Shown here piece by piece: positions 1-7,275 of a DNA stretch of 7,275 nucleotides. A program made the translations under genes and the position numbers. The number at the start of each line of letters is the position of its first letter. Position 1 is the first letter of the stretch. Origin of the DNA: Naegleria gruberi (lineage: Eukaryota); assembly GCA_000004985.1 (NCBI GenBank), contig GG739149.1; one strand, given 5' to 3'. Below the pieces are notes generated by a model. The model had not been told where the DNA came from and searched no databases. It saw nothing but the letters and a program-made list of their open reading frames with translations.

Positions 1-337
1 GAACAACGACACAAGTATCCAATGGGAAGATTTGTGAGACAACCAAGTTGCCACTAGCACAAGTAGTGTCGGAATAAATGGATAATTGTAAAGTATTCTT
101 GGAACCAATGGAAGGAACAGTTGAAGTACATTGACTAGTGGTAAAGAGTGTGTTGATGTTATTGCCAGTACAGTTTGGGTTGGAAGTACAGTTAGTACTT
201 GGAATGTAGAGATCCAACATTGGGAGAGTGCTTGAACATTTGGAGTCAGTGTAAACGGAAGATCTGAGAAATTGACCATTGACTGATGTGATGGCAAGGA
301 AAGCAAGGAGGACAATGGAGAGAATGATAGCTTTCAT
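1..337 (-). CDS. 5'-complete, 3'-truncated ORF (112 codons visible, continues past the window start) encoding a secreted Cys/Ser/Thr/Asn-rich protein with an N-terminal signal peptide
   Basis: I reverse-complemented 1..337 by hand. The ATG is at 337..335 (plus-strand 'cat' at 335-337) and there is no stop codon down to position 1. The translation is MKAIILSIVLLAFLAITSVNG|QFLRSSVYTDSKCSSTLPMLDLYIPSTNCTSNPNCTGNNINTLFTTSQCTSTVPSIGSKNTLQLSIYSDTTCASGNLVVSQIFPLDTCVVV... The signal peptide has n-region MK, a 14-residue hydrophobic h-region and c-region TSVNG, with small residues at -3 and -1. The mature part has 6 Cys in about 90 residues and two N-C-T glycosylation sequons. The ATG context is aagaaATGa, with a purine at -3 and an A-rich leader. 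The supplied ORF track does not list this ORF, presumably because it has no stop inside the window. Confidence 0.7.
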   Translation of the reverse strand, partial: MKAIILSIVLLAFLAITSVNGQFLRSSVYTDSKCSSTLPMLDLYIPSTNCTSNPNCTGNNINTLFTTSQCTSTVPSIGSKNTLQLSIYSDTTCASGNLVVSQIFPLDTCVVV

Positions 338-622
338 TTCTTGGGTTGTTTGTTTTTTTGAAAGAAGAATGTGAAGAACGTTGGGCAGAATTTATTCGAA
401 ATTACAAGTTCATTAATTTCAGGATTTCCGCAGTGGAGATACAGATATTGCATCTCAATTTCCAAAATATGACAAACTCCATTTTCTCAAAGAGGAAAGC
501 AATATTATTGATAATCAATTCATAAAGTTTGAGGGTTGGAAATGTCTTGTGAAAATAATTTGTTTTGTATTTGGATTTGGATAAGATTCCTTGTAACAAA
601 ATCGAAATAATTCACTGCCTCT
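338..622. promoter_or_regulatory. Divergent (bidirectional) intergenic/5' leader region between the head-to-head secreted-protein gene (minus) and BTB gene (plus). It probably also contains the missing ATG-bearing first exon of the BTB gene.
   Basis: It lies between the minus-strand ATG at 337 and the start of the plus-strand BTB reading frame (open only after the TAA at 608-610). It is AT-rich. There is an A/C-rich leader on the minus strand just upstream of the ATG (plus-strand T/G-rich 341-360), TATA-like AATAAAT (minus strand, about 60 nt upstream of the minus ATG) and CATAAAG at 521-527. It contains no long credible ORF. Confidence 0.4.
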
Positions 623-631
623 GTGGTAAGT

Positions 632-823
632 AAATTGGGAAAGAATCAAGTGGTAAAATTAAACGTCGGTGGGAAGATATTCTCCACGAGCTTACAAACA
701 CTGAAGAGTGTGAAGGATACATTCTTTACTGGATATTTCAATGATCATTTTAGTCCAACTGTTGAGGAAGATGACAATGCCTATTTTGTTGATAGACCTT
801 TTGAGCAGTTTCAACTGATTTTA
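632..823 (+). CDS. Exon fragment encoding a BTB/POZ domain of the T1/KCTD (K+-channel tetramerisation-like) type, truncated at the 3' side by the assembly gap. The exon start is uncertain (the open frame begins after the stop at 608-610 and has no in-frame ATG).
   Basis: The frame with codons at 632-634 etc. translates to KLGKNQVVKLNVGGKIFSTSLQTLKSVKDTFFTGYFNDHFSPTVEEDDNAYFVDRPFEQFQLIL. This matches the T1-type BTB consensus (hydrophobic-x-LNVGG-x-x-F-x-T-x-x-x-TL ... YF[IV]DRD/P-x-x-F-x-x-IL). The frame is bounded upstream by TAA at 608-610, and both other frames have stops at 627-629 and 631-633. There is no ATG in frame from 611 to 823, so the start must be supplied by splicing. Candidate acceptor AGs are at 629-630, 642-643 and 649-650. 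The frame runs uninterrupted into the gap at 824. Confidence 0.7.
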
Positions 824-3800
824 NNNNNNNNNNNNNNNNNNNNNNNNNNNNNNNNNNNNNNNNNNNNNNNNNNNNNNNNNNNNNNNNNNNNNNNNNNNNN
901 NNNNNNNNNNNNNNNNNNNNNNNNNNNNNNNNNNNNNNNNNNNNNNNNNNNNNNNNNNNNNNNNNNNNNNNNNNNNNNNNNNNNNNNNNNNNNNNNNNNN
1001 NNNNNNNNNNNNNNNNNNNNNNNNNNNNNNNNNNNNNNNNNNNNNNNNNNNNNNNNNNNNNNNNNNNNNNNNNNNNNNNNNNNNNNNNNNNNNNNNNNNN
1101 NNNNNNNNNNNNNNNNNNNNNNNNNNNNNNNNNNNNNNNNNNNNNNNNNNNNNNNNNNNNNNNNNNNNNNNNNNNNNNNNNNNNNNNNNNNNNNNNNNNN
1201 NNNNNNNNNNNNNNNNNNNNNNNNNNNNNNNNNNNNNNNNNNNNNNNNNNNNNNNNNNNNNNNNNNNNNNNNNNNNNNNNNNNNNNNNNNNNNNNNNNNN
1301 NNNNNNNNNNNNNNNNNNNNNNNNNNNNNNNNNNNNNNNNNNNNNNNNNNNNNNNNNNNNNNNNNNNNNNNNNNNNNNNNNNNNNNNNNNNNNNNNNNNN
1401 NNNNNNNNNNNNNNNNNNNNNNNNNNNNNNNNNNNNNNNNNNNNNNNNNNNNNNNNNNNNNNNNNNNNNNNNNNNNNNNNNNNNNNNNNNNNNNNNNNNN
1501 NNNNNNNNNNNNNNNNNNNNNNNNNNNNNNNNNNNNNNNNNNNNNNNNNNNNNNNNNNNNNNNNNNNNNNNNNNNNNNNNNNNNNNNNNNNNNNNNNNNN
1601 NNNNNNNNNNNNNNNNNNNNNNNNNNNNNNNNNNNNNNNNNNNNNNNNNNNNNNNNNNNNNNNNNNNNNNNNNNNNNNNNNNNNNNNNNNNNNNNNNNNN
1701 NNNNNNNNNNNNNNNNNNNNNNNNNNNNNNNNNNNNNNNNNNNNNNNNNNNNNNNNNNNNNNNNNNNNNNNNNNNNNNNNNNNNNNNNNNNNNNNNNNNN
1801 NNNNNNNNNNNNNNNNNNNNNNNNNNNNNNNNNNNNNNNNNNNNNNNNNNNNNNNNNNNNNNNNNNNNNNNNNNNNNNNNNNNNNNNNNNNNNNNNNNNN
1901 NNNNNNNNNNNNNNNNNNNNNNNNNNNNNNNNNNNNNNNNNNNNNNNNNNNNNNNNNNNNNNNNNNNNNNNNNNNNNNNNNNNNNNNNNNNNNNNNNNNN
2001 NNNNNNNNNNNNNNNNNNNNNNNNNNNNNNNNNNNNNNNNNNNNNNNNNNNNNNNNNNNNNNNNNNNNNNNNNNNNNNNNNNNNNNNNNNNNNNNNNNNN
2101 NNNNNNNNNNNNNNNNNNNNNNNNNNNNNNNNNNNNNNNNNNNNNNNNNNNNNNNNNNNNNNNNNNNNNNNNNNNNNNNNNNNNNNNNNNNNNNNNNNNN
2201 NNNNNNNNNNNNNNNNNNNNNNNNNNNNNNNNNNNNNNNNNNNNNNNNNNNNNNNNNNNNNNNNNNNNNNNNNNNNNNNNNNNNNNNNNNNNNNNNNNNN
2301 NNNNNNNNNNNNNNNNNNNNNNNNNNNNNNNNNNNNNNNNNNNNNNNNNNNNNNNNNNNNNNNNNNNNNNNNNNNNNNNNNNNNNNNNNNNNNNNNNNNN
2401 NNNNNNNNNNNNNNNNNNNNNNNNNNNNNNNNNNNNNNNNNNNNNNNNNNNNNNNNNNNNNNNNNNNNNNNNNNNNNNNNNNNNNNNNNNNNNNNNNNNN
2501 NNNNNNNNNNNNNNNNNNNNNNNNNNNNNNNNNNNNNNNNNNNNNNNNNNNNNNNNNNNNNNNNNNNNNNNNNNNNNNNNNNNNNNNNNNNNNNNNNNNN
2601 NNNNNNNNNNNNNNNNNNNNNNNNNNNNNNNNNNNNNNNNNNNNNNNNNNNNNNNNNNNNNNNNNNNNNNNNNNNNNNNNNNNNNNNNNNNNNNNNNNNN
2701 NNNNNNNNNNNNNNNNNNNNNNNNNNNNNNNNNNNNNNNNNNNNNNNNNNNNNNNNNNNNNNNNNNNNNNNNNNNNNNNNNNNNNNNNNNNNNNNNNNNN
2801 NNNNNNNNNNNNNNNNNNNNNNNNNNNNNNNNNNNNNNNNNNNNNNNNNNNNNNNNNNNNNNNNNNNNNNNNNNNNNNNNNNNNNNNNNNNNNNNNNNNN
2901 NNNNNNNNNNNNNNNNNNNNNNNNNNNNNNNNNNNNNNNNNNNNNNNNNNNNNNNNNNNNNNNNNNNNNNNNNNNNNNNNNNNNNNNNNNNNNNNNNNNN
3001 NNNNNNNNNNNNNNNNNNNNNNNNNNNNNNNNNNNNNNNNNNNNNNNNNNNNNNNNNNNNNNNNNNNNNNNNNNNNNNNNNNNNNNNNNNNNNNNNNNNN
3101 NNNNNNNNNNNNNNNNNNNNNNNNNNNNNNNNNNNNNNNNNNNNNNNNNNNNNNNNNNNNNNNNNNNNNNNNNNNNNNNNNNNNNNNNNNNNNNNNNNNN
3201 NNNNNNNNNNNNNNNNNNNNNNNNNNNNNNNNNNNNNNNNNNNNNNNNNNNNNNNNNNNNNNNNNNNNNNNNNNNNNNNNNNNNNNNNNNNNNNNNNNNN
3301 NNNNNNNNNNNNNNNNNNNNNNNNNNNNNNNNNNNNNNNNNNNNNNNNNNNNNNNNNNNNNNNNNNNNNNNNNNNNNNNNNNNNNNNNNNNNNNNNNNNN
3401 NNNNNNNNNNNNNNNNNNNNNNNNNNNNNNNNNNNNNNNNNNNNNNNNNNNNNNNNNNNNNNNNNNNNNNNNNNNNNNNNNNNNNNNNNNNNNNNNNNNN
3501 NNNNNNNNNNNNNNNNNNNNNNNNNNNNNNNNNNNNNNNNNNNNNNNNNNNNNNNNNNNNNNNNNNNNNNNNNNNNNNNNNNNNNNNNNNNNNNNNNNNN
3601 NNNNNNNNNNNNNNNNNNNNNNNNNNNNNNNNNNNNNNNNNNNNNNNNNNNNNNNNNNNNNNNNNNNNNNNNNNNNNNNNNNNNNNNNNNNNNNNNNNNN
3701 NNNNNNNNNNNNNNNNNNNNNNNNNNNNNNNNNNNNNNNNNNNNNNNNNNNNNNNNNNNNNNNNNNNNNNNNNNNNNNNNNNNNNNNNNNNNNNNNNNNN

Positions 3801-6343
3801 NNNNNNNNNNNNNNNNNNNNNNNNNNNNNNNNNNNNNNNNNNNNNNNNNNNNNNNNNNNNNNNNNNNNNNNNNNNNNNNNNNNNNNNNNNNNNNNNNNNN
3901 NNNNNNNNNNNNNNNNNNNNNNNNNNNNNNNNNNNNNNNNNNNNNNNNNNNNNNNNNNNNNNNNNNNNNNNNNNNNNNNNNNNNNNNNNNNNNNNNNNNN
4001 NNNNNNNNNNNNNNNNNNNNNNNNNNNNNNNNNNNNNNNNNNNNNNNNNNNNNNNNNNNNNNNNNNNNNNNNNNNNNNNNNNNNNNNNNNNNNNNNNNNN
4101 NNNNNNNNNNNNNNNNNNNNNNNNNNNNNNNNNNNNNNNNNNNNNNNNNNNNNNNNNNNNNNNNNNNNNNNNNNNNNNNNNNNNNNNNNNNNNNNNNNNN
4201 NNNNNNNNNNNNNNNNNNNNNNNNNNNNNNNNNNNNNNNNNNNNNNNNNNNNNNNNNNNNNNNNNNNNNNNNNNNNNNNNNNNNNNNNNNNNNNNNNNNN
4301 NNNNNNNNNNNNNNNNNNNNNNNNNNNNNNNNNNNNNNNNNNNNNNNNNNNNNNNNNNNNNNNNNNNNNNNNNNNNNNNNNNNNNNNNNNNNNNNNNNNN
4401 NNNNNNNNNNNNNNNNNNNNNNNNNNNNNNNNNNNNNNNNNNNNNNNNNNNNNNNNNNNNNNNNNNNNNNNNNNNNNNNNNNNNNNNNNNNNNNNNNNNN
4501 NNNNNNNNNNNNNNNNNNNNNNNNNNNNNNNNNNNNNNNNNNNNNNNNNNNNNNNNNNNNNNNNNNNNNNNNNNNNNNNNNNNNNNNNNNNNNNNNNNNN
4601 NNNNNNNNNNNNNNNNNNNNNNNNNNNNNNNNNNNNNNNNNNNNNNNNNNNNNNNNNNNNNNNNNNNNNNNNNNNNNNNNNNNNNNNNNNNNNNNNNNNN
4701 NNNNNNNNNNNNNNNNNNNNNNNNNNNNNNNNNNNNNNNNNNNNNNNNNNNNNNNNNNNNNNNNNNNNNNNNNNNNNNNNNNNNNNNNNNNNNNNNNNNN
4801 NNNNNNNNNNNNNNNNNNNNNNNNNNNNNNNNNNNNNNNNNNNNNNNNNNNNNNNNNNNNNNNNNNNNNNNNNNNNNNNNNNNNNNNNNNNNNNNNNNNN
4901 NNNNNNNNNNNNNNNNNNNNNNNNNNNNNNNNNNNNNNNNNNNNNNNNNNNNNNNNNNNNNNNNNNNNNNNNNNNNNNNNNNNNNNNNNNNNNNNNNNNN
5001 NNNNNNNNNNNNNNNNNNNNNNNNNNNNNNNNNNNNNNNNNNNNNNNNNNNNNNNNNNNNNNNNNNNNNNNNNNNNNNNNNNNNNNNNNNNNNNNNNNNN
5101 NNNNNNNNNNNNNNNNNNNNNNNNNNNNNNNNNNNNNNNNNNNNNNNNNNNNNNNNNNNNNNNNNNNNNNNNNNNNNNNNNNNNNNNNNNNNNNNNNNNN
5201 NNNNNNNNNNNNNNNNNNNNNNNNNNNNNNNNNNNNNNNNNNNNNNNNNNNNNNNNNNNNNNNNNNNNNNNNNNNNNNNNNNNNNNNNNNNNNNNNNNNN
5301 NNNNNNNNNNNNNNNNNNNNNNNNNNNNNNNNNNNNNNNNNNNNNNNNNNNNNNNNNNNNNNNNNNNNNNNNNNNNNNNNNNNNNNNNNNNNNNNNNNNN
5401 NNNNNNNNNNNNNNNNNNNNNNNNNNNNNNNNNNNNNNNNNNNNNNNNNNNNNNNNNNNNNNNNNNNNNNNNNNNNNNNNNNNNNNNNNNNNNNNNNNNN
5501 NNNNNNNNNNNNNNNNNNNNNNNNNNNNNNNNNNNNNNNNNNNNNNNNNNNNNNNNNNNNNNNNNNNNNNNNNNNNNNNNNNNNNNNNNNNNNNNNNNNN
5601 NNNNNNNNNNNNNNNNNNNNNNNNNNNNNNNNNNNNNNNNNNNNNNNNNNNNNNNNNNNNNNNNNNNNNNNNNNNNNNNNNNNNNNNNNNNNNNNNNNNN
5701 NNNNNNNNNNNNNNNNNNNNNNNNNNNNNNNNNNNNNNNNNNNNNNNNNNNNNNNNNNNNNNNNNNNNNNNNNNNNNNNNNNNNNNNNNNNNNNNNNNNN
5801 NNNNNNNNNNNNNNNNNNNNNNNNNNNNNNNNNNNNNNNNNNNNNNNNNNNNNNNNNNNNNNNNNNNNNNNNNNNNNNNNNNNNNNNNNNNNNNNNNNNN
5901 NNNNNNNNNNNNNNNNNNNNNNNNNNNNNNNNNNNNNNNNNNNNNNNNNNNNNNNNNNNNNNNNNNNNNNNNNNNNNNNNNNNNNNNNNNNNNNNNNNNN
6001 NNNNNNNNNNNNNNNNNNNNNNNNNNNNNNNNNNNNNNNNNNNNNNNNNNNNNNNNNNNNNNNNNNNNNNNNNNNNNNNNNNNNNNNNNNNNNNNNNNNN
6101 NNNNNNNNNNNNNNNNNNNNNNNNNNNNNNNNNNNNNNNNNNNNNNNNNNNNNNNNNNNNNNNNNNNNNNNNNNNNNNNNNNNNNNNNNNNNNNNNNNNN
6201 NNNNNNNNNNNNNNNNNNNNNNNNNNNNNNNNNNNNNNNNNNNNNNNNNNNNNNNNNNNNNNNNNNNNNNNNNNNNNNNNNNNNNNNNNNNNNNNNNNNN
6301 NNNNNNNNNNNNNNNNNNNNNNNNNNNNNNNNNNNNNNNNNNN
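824..6343. other. Assembly/scaffold gap: 5520 consecutive N
   Basis: Directly visible. The N run begins after ...caactgatttta (823) and ends before ccttaattat... (6344). The length is a placeholder estimate, not real sequence. Every X in the supplied ORF translations derives from this gap. Confidence 0.99.
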
Positions 6344-6345
6344 CC

Positions 6346-6513
6346 TTAATTATATTCTTTCCTACTGTCCATAGATCTGACTCAAGACAAACACAAGTCA
6401 TTTCCATACAAACATCCCAAATTAAAAAAACTTTCAATATCTTCTCTCGAGTTTCGAATAACAAAGCTCCACAAAACACAACATCTTTAAAGAAACTCTC
6501 AGCACGGAATTAA
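6346..6513 (+). CDS. Possible 3'-terminal coding fragment emerging from the gap (55 stop-free codons from the gap edge, then TAA at 6511-6513). It could be the C-terminal tail of the BTB gene or of another gap-internal gene. Weak.
   Basis: I translated by hand the frame with codons at 6346, 6349, ...: LIIFFPTVHRSDSRQTQVISIQTSQIKKTFNIFSRVSNNKAPQNTTSLKKLSARN*. There is no stop from the gap edge to 6510, and the composition is S/T/Q/N/K-rich and tail-like. In AT-rich DNA a 55-codon open run is only mildly unusual. The antisense frame is also open here (track ORF 750..6479 -), which lowers confidence. Confidence 0.2.
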   Translation, partial: LIIFFPTVHRSDSRQTQVISIQTSQIKKTFNIFSRVSNNKAPQNTTSLKKLSARN

Positions 6514-6716
6514 TTTTAATATTTGCACAATATTTACCAATTGGAGATTTGAATTCTTTTGCGAGAAGTGATGAATATTTATTGGAAATGATTTTTGATT
6601 TAACTGTTGAAAAAGTGGAGGCGTTGCAAAGAGAAAACAAGAATTGTTGCAACTTGATATTGAAAGTAGAATTGTATCTGTCAAAGATCAGTTTAAAGAT
6701 AACGAAACTGCACTAG
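6462..6716 (+). CDS. Alternative candidate coding fragment in a different frame (84 codons open, first ATG at 6588, TAG at 6714-6716). It overlaps the previous candidate by about 50 nt. At most one of the two is likely real.
   Basis: The frame with codons at 6462, 6465, ... translates to QSSTKHNIFKETLSTELILIFAQYLPIGDLNSFARSDEYLLEMIFDLTVEKVEALQRENKNCCNLILKVELYLSKISLKITKLH*. It has a more globular, helical-looking composition than the neighbouring frame. I checked all GT donors in 6346-6512 (6367, 6397, 6451) against AG acceptors in 6460-6570, and none gives a phase-compatible GT-AG intron joining the two frames. Two minus-strand track ORFs (6434..6652, 6499..6684) are also open here, so openness in this low-stop region is weak evidence. 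Confidence 0.15.
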   Translation, partial: QSSTKHNIFKETLSTELILIFAQYLPIGDLNSFARSDEYLLEMIFDLTVEKVEALQRENKNCCNLILKVELYLSKISLKITKLH

Positions 6717-7097
6717 CTCAGACACTTTTGTGGCAACCACTTGTACTTGATTAATTTTCAAATTATTCAGCAAGTTTAAATGTCAAGAATTGGATGTATG
6801 TTATCAAAAATGTTGAAGTTTCTATTAATTATTAAAAAAATTAAGGTACCAATCTGCATGTTCACAAATCCCCCATTCACAAACCATGGCTGGTAAGGAA
6901 TGCTGCAATCATCTATGAACGAGGAAACCTACAACGAAGCATGTTTCCAGTTCGATATCATGCTCAAGATATGTGACTACAGAGTCTTCATCTTGGTTAA
7001 CCTCAAAGGTCAGATTGACTCAAAAAAGTCGAGTTTATGTATTCCTACAGAAAAGATCCTGTAGAAGTACAGTCAATGGTTTTATCAAGTTTGATTT

Positions 7098-7172
7098 GTG
7101 AGGTTTATGATATTGGTTTTGAATGTGTGAAAAGTGAGGTTAAAAAATTGTGGTACTTTTATGTGTGAAAAA
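7098..7172. repeat. Imperfect tandem duplication, 2 copies of a ~37-bp unit
   Basis: Copy A is 7098-7133, gtgaggtttatgatattggttttgaatgtgtgaaaa. Copy B is 7134-7172, gtgaggttaaaaaattgtggtacttttatgtgtgaaaaa. Both begin GTGAGGTT, contain TTGG/TGTGG centrally and end ATGTGTGAAAA. The copies are directly adjacent. Confidence 0.5.
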
Positions 7173-7245
7173 TATAAATTTCGATTCAAGAAAATAATTG
7201 AATGTTGACTTGATTAATTATTGAGGTGGAAGAGCAATTTCCATC

Positions 7246-7275
7246 ATGGCTTCAAGATCAGCTCACAATTTTAAG
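7246..7275 (+). CDS. Possible 5' end of a downstream plus-strand gene (ATG in ccatcATGGc context, 10 codons MASRSAHNFK to the window end). Very tentative.
   Basis: The ATG is at 7246-7248 with A at -3 and G at +4. It is preceded by about 700 bp of stop-dense AT-rich sequence (6717-7245) consistent with an intergenic region or UTR. Only 30 nt of ORF are visible, so this could easily be chance. Confidence 0.12.
   Translation, partial: MASRSAHNFK

Noticed and set aside
402-599. 65-aa minus-strand ORF (MLQGILSKSKYKTNYFHK...)
   Set aside because: It lies entirely within the ~285-bp divergent promoter between two 5' gene ends, leaving no room for its own promoter. The composition is low-complexity and AT-driven, and there is no recognisable domain.
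626-631. Consensus 5' splice donor hexamer GTAAGT
   Set aside because: Downstream sequence continues in frame as the BTB domain, and no upstream ORF in any frame (stops at 594-596, 556-558, 608-610) could feed an exon ending at 625. It is most likely coincidental, or part of the acceptor-proximal sequence in model 1.
623-6349. 1908-aa plus-strand ORF in the supplied track
   Set aside because: More than 96% of it is X from translating the N gap. Only its first ~67 residues (the BTB domain) are real. Its GTG 'start' at 623 is a prokaryote-style alternative start, not credible in this eukaryotic context. The terminal 'P*' (6344-6349) is an arbitrary continuation of phase across a gap of estimated length.
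750-6479. 1909-aa minus-strand ORF in the supplied track
   Set aside because: It has the same N-translation artefact. Its readable ends are the antisense of the BTB exon (750-823) and a 45-codon stretch at 6344-6479 that begins with GTG and has Cys/Trp-rich, non-protein-like composition.
6434-6684. Two overlapping minus-strand ORFs of 72 and 61 aa (6434..6652, 6499..6684)
   Set aside because: The peptides are low-complexity (S/N/K/F/L-rich) and overlap each other and two plus-strand open frames. This region is simply stop-poor in several frames, so openness is not evidence of coding.
6886-6950. ATGGCTG|GTAAGG…(58 nt)…TTTCCAG: strong-context ATG followed immediately by a consensus-like donor and a good polypyrimidine-CAG acceptor
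   Set aside because: Splicing 6892 to 6951 gives only MAVRYHAQDM*. The unspliced reading gives MAGKECCNHL*. No downstream exon yields a meaningful ORF, so I treat it as chance resemblance.
1-7275. A prokaryotic-style novel system (defence island, CRISPR array, integron, operon)
   Set aside because: There are no direct-repeat/spacer arrays, no operonic ORF packing and no RBS-type starts. The visible genes show eukaryotic hallmarks: a signal peptide with a Kozak-like ATG context, a BTB exon requiring splicing, and AT-rich intergenic DNA. Nothing readable supports such a system, and the gap cannot be interpreted.

Overview
About 76% of this window (824..6343, 5520 bases) is a run of N, which is a scaffold gap and not sequence. 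Only 1..823 and 6344..7275 can be read. Two features suggest a draft nuclear scaffold of an AT-rich lower eukaryote (fungus- or amoebozoan-like), not a prokaryotic locus: a eukaryotic-type secretory signal peptide and a BTB-domain exon with no in-frame ATG (implying splicing); the AT-rich flanks and the sized N run are consistent with this.

The left flank holds a head-to-head gene pair about 285 bp apart. On the minus strand, a 5'-complete ORF (ATG at 337, running off the window start) encodes a secreted protein rich in Cys, Ser, Thr and Asn, with a classic signal peptide. On the plus strand, an exon encodes an unmistakable T1/KCTD-type BTB/POZ domain (VKLNVGGKIFSTSLQTLK...YFVDRPFEQFQLIL) and runs into the gap. 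That exon has no in-frame ATG after an upstream stop at 608-610, so the start codon must come from a small spliced 5' exon.

The right flank (6344..7275) is AT-rich with no convincing gene. It contains two overlapping open stretches in different frames at the gap edge, a short ~37-bp imperfect tandem duplication, and a possible gene start (ccATGGCT) ten codons from the window end.

I cannot support any novel multi-gene system from the readable sequence. Anything of that kind would lie inside the gap. The two giant ORFs in the supplied track (623..6349 + and 750..6479 -) are artefacts of translating N as X.
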